DNA of 64,000 nt from positions 76,285 through 140,284 of the forward strand of contig CAMVON010000003.1 in NCBI GenBank assembly GCA_947169155.1. Direction: 5' to 3'. A program made the position numbers and the translations under genes. Origin of the DNA: an uncultured Clostridiaceae bacterium. Lineage in GTDB: Bacteria > Bacillota > Clostridia > TANB77 > CAG-465. Positions 53,093 to 63,002 of this stretch are shown one piece after another (within the stretch, counting starts at the first letter, position 1; every line of letters begins with the position of its first letter). Below the pieces are notes generated by a model. The model was not told the origin of the DNA. It did no database searches and worked only from the letters and a program-made list of their open reading frames with translations.

Positions 53093-54739
53093 ATGAAAGA
53101 AACATTATTTAATATATTAAAAACAATGATATTGCTTGCAGTTATTGCAGGACTATTCTATATGACTAATATGAGTACAACTAGTGCAAATATTATTAAA
53201 ACAGATAATCCTAATCTAACAATATTTGGAGATAACATAGATAGCAGTTATCAACCATATATTAAAGATGGAAAAGTATATATAAGCACTAAAACAGTTG
53301 GAAACTTTATAGATGACAAAATAGTATTTGCAAGTGATACACAAAAAATAATAATTACTACAGACGATGGAGTATATAAATTCAAATTTAATAGTGATAC
53401 TGCAACAAGAAACTTCAAAGAGTATAACTGTAATCAAGCATTAATTAGACATAATGAAGCTGCATACATTGCTGTAGATGCTATTAAGGATATATATAAC
53501 ATTAAAAGTGATTATAATGAAGAAACAAATACTATTTCTATAGATAAAAAAGGTACAAGTGACTTACCATTAAATTATAATAAAGTAAATGTTTATTCAG
53601 ATTTAAAAACAGATTCTAATATTTTAGAAACGCTTGGTATGAATAATACAGTAACAGTTTATACAGAGAGTCTAAAACATAATAGATGGTATAAAGTTAA
53701 AACAGATAGCGGAAAAATTGGATATATAGAAAAATCTGCTGTTACTGTAAAGAGTGAAGAAGAAATAGAACAAGAACAAAAAGAAGAACAAAAACCACAA
53801 GAAAAAATAATTGGATTTTGGCAATATGGAAGCAAAGTTGAAACTCTTGGAGATAAAATTGATGCGGTAGATGTTGTAATGCCAACATGGTTTGCTCTTT
53901 CTGCAGAAGATGGTAGTGTTGAAATGAAATATAGCAAAGAATACTATCAAAAAGCAAAAGCAAACGGATATAAACTATGGCCTATTATTACTAATGGTTT
54001 AGATAGTGAATCTAATAAATATGTTGAATATACATCTAAATGTATGAATAGTGAAGAAAATAGAGAAAATCTAATTAAAAATATAATAGATATTCTTAAT
54101 ACATACAATATTGATGGAATAAATGTAGATTTTGAAAATATGAGAGAAGAAGATAAATATATGTATACTCAATTTTTAAGAGAACTACATCCATTAATGA
54201 AAGAAAATGGAAAGACATTATCTGCAGATATATATTTCACAAGTTATATAGATAGATCAGGGCTAGGACATGCATGTGACTATGTAATGCTTATGGGATA
54301 TGATCAAAGAGGAAATTGGTCAACCGAAGCAGGATCTATTTCTGAAATATCTTGGGTAGAAAAACAGCTTTTATCACTAATTAATGATTCTGAAATTGAC
54401 CCATCAAAAATAATATTAGGTGTACCATTCTATACAAGATTATGGAATGAAGCACAAGATGGAACACTTACTACAAATGTTTATAGTATGCAAAATTCCC
54501 AAGACTTCATAGATAAATATAACTTAGAAAAGAAAATGGATGAAGAAGCAGGACAAAACTATGTTGAATTTAATGATACATATGTAACATATAAACTATG
54601 GATTGAAGACGCAGAGTCAATGCAAAAAAGAGCAGACCTAGTAAATAAATATGGCTTATCTGGTGTTGCTGCTTGGCAAAGAGGATTTGAAACTCCAGAT
54701 ATTTGGACAGCTTTAGATAATGCACTAAAAACAAAATAG
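53093..54739 (+). CDS. GH18 family spore-peptidoglycan-hydrolase-like protein (YaaH/SleL-like) with N-terminal stalk and SH3-like domain
   Basis: 548 aa; N-terminal TM/signal; SH3b-like ..VYTESLKHNRWYKVKTDSGKIGYIEKSAV..; GH18 catalytic motif ..IDGINVDFENM.. Confidence 0.8.
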   Translation: MKETLFNILKTMILLAVIAGLFYMTNMSTTSANIIKTDNPNLTIFGDNIDSSYQPYIKDGKVYISTKTVGNFIDDKIVFASDTQKIIITTDDGVYKFKFNSDTATRNFKEYNCNQALIRHNEAAYIAVDAIKDIYNIKSDYNEETNTISIDKKGTSDLPLNYNKVNVYSDLKTDSNILETLGMNNTVTVYTESLKHNRWYKVKTDSGKIGYIEKSAVTVKSEEEIEQEQKEEQKPQEKIIGFWQYGSKVETLGDKIDAVDVVMPTWFALSAEDGSVEMKYSKEYYQKAKANGYKLWPIITNGLDSESNKYVEYTSKCMNSEENRENLIKNIIDILNTYNIDGINVDFENMREEDKYMYTQFLRELHPLMKENGKTLSADIYFTSYIDRSGLGHACDYVMLMGYDQRGNWSTEAGSISEISWVEKQLLSLINDSEIDPSKIILGVPFYTRLWNEAQDGTLTTNVYSMQNSQDFIDKYNLEKKMDEEAGQNYVEFNDTYVTYKLWIEDAESMQKRADLVNKYGLSGVAAWQRGFETPDIWTALDNALKTK

Positions 54740-54757
54740 TAAATATTATGTAATTTT

Positions 54758-54788
54758 AAAGTAGAGGATAAAACCTCTACTTTTTTTA
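54758..54788 (+). terminator. Rho-independent terminator
   Basis: Stem AAAGTAGAGG (54758-54767) / CCTCTACTTT (54774-54783) followed by TTTTT. Confidence 0.8.
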
Positions 54789-54916
54789 GGCTTTTTATAT
54801 ATGTTATATAAATAAAAAAGAAAATTAACAACTTATTTAACATAAAATGCTTAACAAATCAAACAAAGTGTGATAAAATAGAACGTATAGGAATTTTTGT
54901 GATAGGAGTTGAAATC

Positions 54917-57900
54917 ATGTTAATAAACGCAGAGGAAATTAACAACGTACTGTTCGATGCTGGAACAGATATATCAAACAGAGGTAAAAAATACTTTGAA
55001 CAAGATAGGGTTAAGGTTGCAGACTTTAACAAAGTATCAGATAACAATTACGTTGCTAAATCTTATGTTGAAGGAACATATATATACGAAACAGAAATAA
55101 GAAAAACAAATGGAATATTATCATATAAATGTGAATGTCCAACACATACTAAAAAACAAGCAACTTGTAAACACGTTGTTGCTATGATTTTTGATATGTA
55201 CATAAACGAATCATCATATTTAAATTGTGCAAAAAAGAACGAGTCAGCAAACATAGATGATGATGTAATAGAAAATAAATCATATAAAGATAAGATAAAT
55301 GAGCAAAGAGAAAACAATGGCCTTATGACATATTACGAAAATCTAGAGTTAAATAGAAACATAGATAAAGAAAGTGTATCAATAGAGCCAACATTTGAAT
55401 TTATTGATCTTCCTCAAAAAGAGCTTGAAGTATCTTTTAAAATTGGTAAAGATAGAATGTATATTTTAAGAGATTTATACAAATTTAGCGAGGATATGCA
55501 TGCAGGAATAGTTTCTAAATATGGCAAAGAATTAGAATTTAAACATTCTCTTGAATCATTTAGAAAAGAAGACCAAGCATTAGCAAAACTTATTGTTGCC
55601 AAAGCGCTAGAATATAATGAGTTTTCAAAACTTGGAACTTATCACTTTACAATAACTAAAAAATATAAAACAAATTTTAAATTAAAATATTCTCTATTAG
55701 ATGAACTATTTGAAATATTAAAAGATAAAAAAATAGCTATTACAGGTTATGACTATGAAAAAGCATATGGAATGATTACACTAGAAGACAGTGATCCTTC
55801 TTTTGATATAGATATACTAGAATCAGAAAAAGGAATAGACATTGTTTCAACAAGTGACAAATTCTATGTATTTGAAGGGCAAGAATATTCATATGTTTTA
55901 TACAAAGATAAACTTCACAGATGTAGTGAAGACTTTAAAACAAAAGTATTACCTTTAATAGATAAAATATCTAAAGATCCTGAAGGGAAAATCACAATCT
56001 CACAATCAAGTGCTACAAGCTTTTGTGAATATGTAATACCAGCACTTAAAGATAGTACAAACTTAAATATAGAAAAAGGTTTACTTGAAAAATATAAAGC
56101 AGAAAAATTAGGAACAAAAATATTCTTAGATATAGATTCAAAAGGAAATATAGTAGCAGAAGTTAAATTCTGTTATGGTGATACAGAATTTAATCCTTTT
56201 GATAGAGACCTTAAAGTAGAATGCAACAGAAATATTATTGAAGAAGCAAGAGCAAAAGAGCTATTCAAAATGTATAACTTTGTAATTAACTTTAAAAAAC
56301 ACATTATATATCTTTCAAATGAGGATGATATCTATACATTTTTAACAGAAGGTGTAGATAAGTTTATGGAAAGATTTGAAGTATTAATTACAGATAAACT
56401 TAAAAATAGAAAAATAATCTCTCAAAAAACTTTTAATATGGGAGTAAGAATAGAAAACAACTTCTTAGATGTAGACTTTAATGATTTAGGATTAGATGAA
56501 GATGAGCTTAAAGATATATTCAAAAGATACAAACTAAGAAAAAAATACTATAGACTTAAAGATGGAAGTTTCATTAACATAGACTCACAAGGAATAGACA
56601 CATTAGTAAATCTTGCAAAAACTTTAAATATTTCAGAAAAAGAAATTGCAAGTGGCTCAGTTCAAATTCCAAAATACAGAGCATTATACATAGACAATAT
56701 TGCAAAGACTGCTATGAAAGATATTACTATAGATTTAGATAAGAACTTCAAAGATATAGTAAATAATGTTAGTGATGTGGAATATGAAAAATTTGAAGAA
56801 CCAAAAGAATTAAAAGGTGTTCTTCGTTCATACCAAAAAACAGGATTTAACTGGTTAAAAACACTTGAAAAGTATGGCTTTGGCGGAATACTTGCAGATG
56901 ATATGGGACTAGGTAAAACAATACAAGTTATAGCACTACTTTTAGATGAAAAAAATCATAGTGAAAGAACATCAATAGTTGTATGTCCAAGTTCATTATA
57001 TATTAACTGGCAAAAAGAAATTGAGAGGTTCTCTAAAGACATTAAAACATTAATAATATCTGGAAACGCAGAACAAAGAGAAGAACTAATAAAGAAGATA
57101 AATAAATATGATGTAATTATTACTTCATATGACCTATTAAAAAGAGACATTGAGCAATACAAAAATTATAAATTTAAATATGTAATTGCAGATGAAGCTC
57201 AATATGTAAAAAACAATAATACTAAGAATGCTAAAGCGTTAAAAGAATTAAATAGTGAATCTAGATTTGCATTAACTGGTACACCAATTGAAAACTCTCT
57301 TGCAGAGCTTTGGTCAATTTTTGATTTCATTATGCCTGGATATTTATATACATACAAAAAATTTAAAGATGAATTTGAAACACCAATTATTAAAGAAAAT
57401 GATAATGAAGCAATGCAAAGATTACAAAAAATTGTTGCACCATTTATTCTTAGACGTATTAAACGTGATGTACTAAAAGAGTTACCAGATAAAACTGAAC
57501 AAATCATGTATTCTAAGATGGATGAAGAACAACAAAAACTATACACTTCATATTTAGCACTAGCAAAAGTTAAGATGAGACAAGAAATTGAATCAAATGG
57601 ATTTGAAAAATCTAAGATGAAAATTCTTTCTCTTATTACAAGACTTAGACAAATATGCTGTCATCCACAATTATTCTTAGATGATTATAAAGGTGAAAGT
57701 TCAAAACTTAACCAATGTATGGAAATAATTGAAGGAGCAATTGCTGCAAAGCATAAAATACTACTATTCTCAGGATTTACTTCTATGTTTGATATCATCA
57801 TACCAGAACTAGAAAAAAGAGGAATTGAATACTCAATGCTAACAGGTCAAACAAAAGTAGATACAAGAATTGAAATGGTAGATGAGTTTAACAAAGATGA

Positions 57901-58210
57901 AAACATTAAAGTATTCTTAATTTCACTTAAAGCTGGTGGTACTGGACTAAACTTAACAGGAGCAGACATGGTAATTCACTATGATCCATGGTGGAACTTA
58001 TCTGCACAAAATCAAGCTACAGATAGAGCATATAGAATTGGACAAAGAAATAATGTTCAAGTATTTAAGCTAATAAGTGAAAATAGTATAGAAGAAAAAA
58101 TACAAAAACTACAAGATAGAAAACAAGACTTAACAGACTCTGTAATTAAATCTGGAGAAACATTTATTTCAAGAATGTCTAAAGATGAAATTATGGCACT
58201 ATTTGAATAA
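54917..58210 (+). CDS. SNF2-family helicase with N-terminal SWIM zinc finger (YwqA/RapA-like)
   Basis: 1097 aa from ATG 54917 (AGGAG RBS); SWIM CECPTHTKKQATCKHVVAM; SNF2 motifs ..LADDMGLGKT.., ..IADEAQYVKN.., ..ALTGTPIEN..; helicase C ..SLKAGGTGLNLTGAD.. ..QATDRAYRIGQ.. Confidence 0.9.
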   Translation: MLINAEEINNVLFDAGTDISNRGKKYFEQDRVKVADFNKVSDNNYVAKSYVEGTYIYETEIRKTNGILSYKCECPTHTKKQATCKHVVAMIFDMYINESSYLNCAKKNESANIDDDVIENKSYKDKINEQRENNGLMTYYENLELNRNIDKESVSIEPTFEFIDLPQKELEVSFKIGKDRMYILRDLYKFSEDMHAGIVSKYGKELEFKHSLESFRKEDQALAKLIVAKALEYNEFSKLGTYHFTITKKYKTNFKLKYSLLDELFEILKDKKIAITGYDYEKAYGMITLEDSDPSFDIDILESEKGIDIVSTSDKFYVFEGQEYSYVLYKDKLHRCSEDFKTKVLPLIDKISKDPEGKITISQSSATSFCEYVIPALKDSTNLNIEKGLLEKYKAEKLGTKIFLDIDSKGNIVAEVKFCYGDTEFNPFDRDLKVECNRNIIEEARAKELFKMYNFVINFKKHIIYLSNEDDIYTFLTEGVDKFMERFEVLITDKLKNRKIISQKTFNMGVRIENNFLDVDFNDLGLDEDELKDIFKRYKLRKKYYRLKDGSFINIDSQGIDTLVNLAKTLNISEKEIASGSVQIPKYRALYIDNIAKTAMKDITIDLDKNFKDIVNNVSDVEYEKFEEPKELKGVLRSYQKTGFNWLKTLEKYGFGGILADDMGLGKTIQVIALLLDEKNHSERTSIVVCPSSLYINWQKEIERFSKDIKTLIISGNAEQREELIKKINKYDVIITSYDLLKRDIEQYKNYKFKYVIADEAQYVKNNNTKNAKALKELNSESRFALTGTPIENSLAELWSIFDFIMPGYLYTYKKFKDEFETPIIKENDNEAMQRLQKIVAPFILRRIKRDVLKELPDKTEQIMYSKMDEEQQKLYTSYLALAKVKMRQEIESNGFEKSKMKILSLITRLRQICCHPQLFLDDYKGESSKLNQCMEIIEGAIAAKHKILLFSGFTSMFDIIIPELEKRGIEYSMLTGQTKVDTRIEMVDEFNKDENIKVFLISLKAGGTGLNLTGADMVIHYDPWWNLSAQNQATDRAYRIGQRNNVQVFKLISENSIEEKIQKLQDRKQDLTDSVIKSGETFISRMSKDEIMALFE

Positions 58211-58217
58211 AAAAATA

Positions 58218-58247
58218 AAGTATCTCATTTTTTGAGATACTTTTTTT
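58218..58247 (+). terminator. Rho-independent terminator
   Basis: Stem AAAGTATCTCA (58218-58228) / TGAGATACTTT (58233-58243) followed by TTTT. Confidence 0.8.
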
Positions 58248-58300
58248 GACAAATAACTGTTTTTTGTCGATATTTTACGACCGATTATTTCTTGAATTAA

Positions 58301-58329
58301 TTGATATCACTAGCTTTTAAGAGTATAAT
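58301..58329 (+). promoter_or_regulatory. Sigma-A consensus promoter
   Basis: TTGATA (58301-58306), exactly 17 nt, TATAAT (58324-58329). Confidence 0.6.
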
Positions 58330-58375
58330 ACAAATGTGTGTACACAACAAAAGAGGACCTCTAGATAGGAGTAAA

Positions 58376-59251
58376 ATGAATACAAACAAAGCAATTTTAA
58401 AACCAACAAATGATTATGTATTTAAACGAATATTTGGATATAAAGGAAATGAAAAAATAGTAAAGGGATTTATTGAAGCAATAATAGGAGAATCTTTTAC
58501 AGATATTTATATAGAAAATCCTATTTTGCAAAGTGATGATATAACTGGAAAAACTGGCATTTTAGATGTTAGGTTAAAAGCAGATAATTCAAATGTAGAT
58601 ATAGAAATGCAAGTAGTAAGAACAGAAAACATTCAAGACCGAGCATTGTGGTACTGGTCAAAAATGTTTCAAGAGTCAATAATAAGAGGTGAAGACTATA
58701 GTAAAACTAAAAGAACTATTTGCATAATAATAACAGATTTTAATATAGAATCATTACTAAATAACAATAATTATCACAATAAATATATGGCACTAAATTG
58801 TAGTAAAATAGATGATTGCTTGACAAATAAAATGGAAATTCATATAATTGAATTAACTAAAATAGATAGTACAAATTCATTAGGTGATATCTTAAAAGAA
58901 TGGTGTACTTTTCTGAAATATCCAGAAAGAATAGGTGATTTGGTTATGAATGAAGATGAAAATATAAAAGCTGCTAAAGAAGAACTAGATAGAATAAGTT
59001 CAGATGATTTAGAAAAAAGACGTGCAGACGAAAGAGAAAAAGCAATTATGGATCATAAGTGGTGGAGAAATAGTGCTATTAAAGAAGGAAGAGAGATAGG
59101 AATAAAAGAAGGAATAAAAGAAGGAATTAAAGAAGGAATTAAAGAAGGAAAAAAGAAAGTTGCTAAATCTCTCATTAAAGAAAAAATGCCAATAGAAAAA
59201 ATAATATCAATTACTGGTCTTTCAAAAGAAGAAATTGAAGAACTGCAATAA
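58376..59251 (+). CDS. Rpn-family recombination-promoting nuclease / putative transposase (PD-(D/E)XK, YhgA-like)
   Basis: 291 aa from ATG 58376 (AGGAG 5 nt upstream); N-terminus ..KPTNDYVFKRIFG.., ..GILDVRLK..VDIEMQV.. PD-(D/E)XK-like core; C-terminal IKEG repeats. Confidence 0.8.
   Translation: MNTNKAILKPTNDYVFKRIFGYKGNEKIVKGFIEAIIGESFTDIYIENPILQSDDITGKTGILDVRLKADNSNVDIEMQVVRTENIQDRALWYWSKMFQESIIRGEDYSKTKRTICIIITDFNIESLLNNNNYHNKYMALNCSKIDDCLTNKMEIHIIELTKIDSTNSLGDILKEWCTFLKYPERIGDLVMNEDENIKAAKEELDRISSDDLEKRRADEREKAIMDHKWWRNSAIKEGREIGIKEGIKEGIKEGIKEGKKKVAKSLIKEKMPIEKIISITGLSKEEIEELQ
59102..59149 (+). repeat. Four tandem 12-nt units (AT(A/T)AAAGAAGGA) encoding IKEG x4
   Basis: Units start at 59102, 59114, 59126 and 59138; a related degenerate unit lies just upstream (IKEGREIG). 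Confidence 0.9.
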
Positions 59252-59268
59252 AAAAACATAATAAATAT

Positions 59269-59297
59269 AAGAAGAGCTTATGCTCTTCTTTTTTTTG
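59269..59297 (+). terminator. Rho-independent terminator
   Basis: Stem AAGAAGAGC (59269-59277) / GCTCTTCTT (59282-59290) followed by TTTTTT. Confidence 0.8.
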
Positions 59298-59388
59298 ACT
59301 TTTTTAGAACAAATAAATATGTGACTATCATATAATGCAACAAATTTTTTAAAGCTTAAGTAGTATTCTTATATTAAGAGGTGGTTAT

Positions 59389-60294
59389 ATGATAGAGGAG
59401 ATACTAAGAATTATGCCAAGATTTATAGCAGAAGAAATAGTACATCTTAATTTAAATAATAGTATAACTGAGATAAGAATAAGAAGTAAAAATAAGATAA
59501 TAGTTATTTGCTCTAAAAACGAATTTGTACTAGATTTAATTGCTTCACCTAAAATTATACTAGATATACTATTAAATGTTTCTAAAATGTCAATATACGC
59601 AATTCAGACAGATTTAAATAACGGCTTTGTGGTGATACGTGGAGGACATAGAATTGGAGTATGTGGTGAGGTTGTATATGAAAATGGAAGAATTAAAAAT
59701 ATAAAAAATATTTGTAGTCTAAATATTCGTGTAGCAAGACAAATATTTGGTTGTGCAGACAGCGTTATGCCACAGATAATTATAAATGGAATATTTCAAA
59801 ACACATTAATTGTGTCTCCACCTGGTTGTGGCAAAACAACATTACTAAGAGATATTATACGGCAAATTAGTAACGGGATTAAAACATTAGGGATTAATGG
59901 TAAAAATGTAAGCTTAATAGATGAAAGAGGAGAAATAGCTTCTTGCTATGAGGGGGTGCCAACCTTAGACATAGGAATAAGAACAGATGTAATGAGCAAT
60001 ATAGATAAAAGTACAGGGATGTCTATGGTAATAAGGTCAATGGCTCCAGATATAATTGCAACAGATGAAATAGGAAGTGCAAAAGATATATTAGCAATTA
60101 AAGCAGCTATTCTTTCAGGAGTAAAAGTAATATTTACCATGCATGGAGACAGTCTAAAAAGTGTATTAGAAAATACAAATGTTAAAGAACTCATAGATAT
60201 GAATGTGTTTTCTAAAATAATACTTCTGTCTTCTGGAAAAATACCAGGAATAGTAGAAAAAATTTATGATGGAGGTGCATATGTTACTAATTAA
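59389..60294 (+). CDS. spoIIIAA: Stage III sporulation protein AA (AAA+ ATPase)
   Basis: 301 aa; GAGGTGG RBS; Walker A ..SPPGCGKTTLLRD.., Walker B ..IIATDEIG..; first gene of an eight-gene spoIIIA-type operon. Confidence 0.9.
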   Translation: MIEEILRIMPRFIAEEIVHLNLNNSITEIRIRSKNKIIVICSKNEFVLDLIASPKIILDILLNVSKMSIYAIQTDLNNGFVVIRGGHRIGVCGEVVYENGRIKNIKNICSLNIRVARQIFGCADSVMPQIIINGIFQNTLIVSPPGCGKTTLLRDIIRQISNGIKTLGINGKNVSLIDERGEIASCYEGVPTLDIGIRTDVMSNIDKSTGMSMVIRSMAPDIIATDEIGSAKDILAIKAAILSGVKVIFTMHGDSLKSVLENTNVKELIDMNVFSKIILLSSGKIPGIVEKIYDGGAYVTN

Positions 60295-60796
60295 AATAAT
60301 TCTTGGAATCGTAATAGTATGTATCACAGGACATATAGGAATAGAAATGTCCAACATGTTAAAAGCAAGAGAAGAAATATTAACAGAGTATATAACATTT
60401 GTAACACTGGTAAAAAATGAAATGATATACATGAGAGATACACTTCCACATGCTTTTGAAATTTGTAGACAAAAATTAAAAACAACTTTAAAAGATGTAA
60501 TTGGTGCAATAGTAGTAGATATGGAAAAGTACGGAGTAGAGAGAGTAGATGTATCTATAGAAAATAATGTAAACAATCTAGATGCATTAGAAGAACAAGA
60601 AAGGCAAATTATTTCATCAACTTTTAAAAATTTAGGAAGAAGCGATGTAGATTCACAAATAAATATAATAAACAATAGTATTGAGATAGTTAAAAGACAG
60701 ATTAAAGAGGCAGTAGACAAAAAGAATAAAAATTCAAAGGTATATAAAACTATAGGAATTATTACTGGGCTTATTGTAGTAGTTATATTCATTTAA
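60281..60796 (+). CDS. spoIIIAB: Stage III sporulation protein AB
   Basis: 171 aa from ATG 60281 (GGAGGTG RBS; overlaps the spoIIIAA end); TM helices at both ends; position and size fit SpoIIIAB. Confidence 0.8.
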   Translation: MLLIKIILGIVIVCITGHIGIEMSNMLKAREEILTEYITFVTLVKNEMIYMRDTLPHAFEICRQKLKTTLKDVIGAIVVDMEKYGVERVDVSIENNVNNLDALEEQERQIISSTFKNLGRSDVDSQINIINNSIEIVKRQIKEAVDKKNKNSKVYKTIGIITGLIVVVIFI

Positions 60797-60805
60797 GGAG
60801 GCTTT

Positions 60806-61000
60806 ATGGATATAGAGTTATTATTTAAAATTGCAGGAGTAGGGATACTTGTAGCGGTATTAAACCAAGTGTTATCTAAAGCTGGAAGAGAAGATCAAGC
60901 AATGATGACAACACTAACAGGGATAATAATAGTGCTAATGATGGTAGTAACAAAGATAAATGAATTATTTCAAGTAGTAAGGGATACTTTTAAATTATGA
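60806..61000 (+). CDS. spoIIIAC: Stage III sporulation protein AC
   Basis: 64 aa; AGGAGG RBS; two TM helices, ..IAGVGILVAVLNQVLSKAGREDQA.. typical of SpoIIIAC. Confidence 0.85.
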   Translation: MDIELLFKIAGVGILVAVLNQVLSKAGREDQAMMTTLTGIIIVLMMVVTKINELFQVVRDTFKL

Positions 61001-61380
61001 TTATATTAAAGATTGTAGGCTTTGGCATTCTTGCAACTCTAATGGTAGTTATACTAAAAGAAAATAGTAAAGAAGTAGCTATTATATTAATAATAGCATC
61101 ATCAATTATATTGTTATTATCAACTGTAAATTATCTAAAACCTATAGTTTCTATGATAGAAAATATTGTCTCAAATTCTTCTATAGAAAGTAGTTATATC
61201 TTAGTTATATTAAAGATTACTGGCATTGCATATTTAATAGAATTTGGAAAAGATATATGCATTGATGCAGGACAAAACTCAATAGCAAATAAAATGGAAA
61301 TAGCAGGGAAAATAATAATCGTATCTCTTTCTGTACCAGTTATTACATCTGTATTTGAAATAGTGGAAAAACTAATATGA
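60997..61380 (+). CDS. spoIIIAD: Stage III sporulation protein AD
   Basis: 127 aa; ATGA overlap with spoIIIAC; four TM helices; ..ITGIAYLIEFGKDICIDAGQNSIANKMEIAGK.. SpoIIIAD-type. Confidence 0.85.
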   Translation: MIILKIVGFGILATLMVVILKENSKEVAIILIIASSIILLLSTVNYLKPIVSMIENIVSNSSIESSYILVILKITGIAYLIEFGKDICIDAGQNSIANKMEIAGKIIIVSLSVPVITSVFEIVEKLI

Positions 61381-62492
61381 ATATAGTTGTAATTATCATA
61401 ATACTATTATTCTCTAGAAATGTTTATGCTACAGATAAAGTGTCAGAATCATTTGACATAGGAGGATATATAAGTTCTTTGAATGATGTAGTAAAAAATG
61501 AAGAGGGAATAGATGTAGACTTAAATAGTATATACTCGAACATAATAAACGGAAAAGATGAAGAAAAGAAAAATATTATTCAAAAAGTAGTAGCAGTTAT
61601 TGTTTCTCAAATAAAAGAAACAATAAAAGCATCTACGGCTTTAATATTAATAATTCTCCTTGAAACAATACTTTCTTCATTAGAACTAGATAAAAATAGC
61701 CAAGCAGTAAAAATATCTAAATTAGTAATAATAATATCTGCTACAACAATACTGCTAAAAAATTATATTCAAGTGCAAGAAATACTAAAAAATACAATTA
61801 AAACTATATTATATCTTTTAGAACTATCTACAACATTTTTATCAGGAGTTTTAGTTGCAACAGGAAAAATAACAACAACTGGAACAATAGCTCCACTAAT
61901 AATGTTTGTAACAAGCATAATACTAACAATAACAAACTACATTTTTATACCATTATTTAATTTAGCTATAGTAGCTCACATAACTTCTGAGATTTCTGAT
62001 GAAATTAAGTTAGAAAAGCTAGCAAATCTTTTTAGAAAATCTAGTATGTTCATATTTACTACATGTATTAGTATATTTGTATTTGTTTTAGCGCTAGAAA
62101 ATACAATTACAAAATCTGTAGATAGTATATATTTTAAGACAACTCAAAATATAGTTGCAGATACTGTACCTGTAGTTGGAAAGTTTTTAGCAGATAGTTT
62201 AGAAACAGTATTAGGTGCAACAGAACTTGTTGGAAAGGTAGGAGGTACACTATCTATAATATCTGCTGTACTAATTATTATTGTACCTGTAATAAAACTT
62301 GTAGTAATTATGGGTATATATAAAATCATAAGCTCAATATGTCAAATGGTAAGCTATAACAAATCACTTGGAAATATAATAGATTTTTTTGCAAATATAT
62401 ATAAAGATATGTTAGGGATAATTATTGGAACAATGGTAGTATTCATATCTGTTACAGGAATTATAATGTATACAATAAGTAAGATTACATAG
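61377..62492 (+). CDS. spoIIIAE: Stage III sporulation protein AE
   Basis: 371 aa; ATGA overlap with spoIIIAD; signal peptide plus a polytopic body; position and size fit SpoIIIAE. Confidence 0.85.
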   Translation: MNIVVIIIILLFSRNVYATDKVSESFDIGGYISSLNDVVKNEEGIDVDLNSIYSNIINGKDEEKKNIIQKVVAVIVSQIKETIKASTALILIILLETILSSLELDKNSQAVKISKLVIIISATTILLKNYIQVQEILKNTIKTILYLLELSTTFLSGVLVATGKITTTGTIAPLIMFVTSIILTITNYIFIPLFNLAIVAHITSEISDEIKLEKLANLFRKSSMFIFTTCISIFVFVLALENTITKSVDSIYFKTTQNIVADTVPVVGKFLADSLETVLGATELVGKVGGTLSIISAVLIIIVPVIKLVVIMGIYKIISSICQMVSYNKSLGNIIDFFANIYKDMLGIIIGTMVVFISVTGIIMYTISKIT

Positions 62493-62502
62493 GAGGAAAA
62501 AT

Positions 62503-62994
62503 ATGATAGAAATTGTAAGAGATTGGATGGGGTCATTAATTAGTATTTCCTTCTTGGTAATACTAGTTAAGTTAATAGTACCAAATTCAAATATAAAAAA
62601 GTATATATATTCATTGCTAGGTATAATAACAGCTATAGTTGTTTTTAAGCCTTTAATTAACAACTCTAACTTAGAAAACATATTATTAGATGCTACAAAA
62701 AATATAGATTTTAAATCTAATAGTTATAAATATACAGATATATCAAACTATGAAGAAATTAATAACAATAATATCAAGGAGGCATTTAAAGAAAAACTTG
62801 AATCAAGCATAATAAAACTAATTCAAGAAAATACAAATAATAAAAAGGAAAATATCAGTGTAGATGTTGAAATTACAAAAGAGTACAACATAGAAAAAGT
62901 AGTAATAAATTGTGAAGATACAAATAAAGAAGAAATACTAAATCTAGTATCTGCAAACTATGATATACCAAAAGAAATAATTATAATTAACTAG
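62503..62994 (+). CDS. spoIIIAF: Stage III sporulation protein AF
   Basis: 163 aa; AGGAGGA RBS; ..IRDWMGSLISISFLVILVKLIVPN.. SpoIIIAF-type N-terminus with two TM helices. Confidence 0.8.
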   Translation: MIEIVRDWMGSLISISFLVILVKLIVPNSNIKKYIYSLLGIITAIVVFKPLINNSNLENILLDATKNIDFKSNSYKYTDISNYEEINNNNIKEAFKEKLESSIIKLIQENTNNKKENISVDVEITKEYNIEKVVINCEDTNKEEILNLVSANYDIPKEIIIIN

Positions 62995-63002
62995 GAGGAT
63001 AT

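Noticed and set aside
58376-59251. Calling the Rpn gene a mobile element or IS
   Set aside because: No terminal inverted repeats were seen. The only flanking repeat is a T-run-based 10-mer. Rpn family genes are frequently domesticated single genes. I kept it as a CDS with a low-interest note.
59329-59336. Sigma-E type promoter for spoIIIA (CATATAAT resembling the CATACAAT -10)
   Set aside because: spoIIIA is sigma-E dependent in B. subtilis. However, I could not find a convincing ATATT-type -35 at the proper spacing, so it is too weak to report as a feature.
60166-60792. 208-aa minus-strand ORF across spoIIIAA/AB
   Set aside because: It is antisense to a tightly packed, translationally coupled sporulation operon. 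It is a hydrophobic low-complexity product typical of AT-rich shadow frames.
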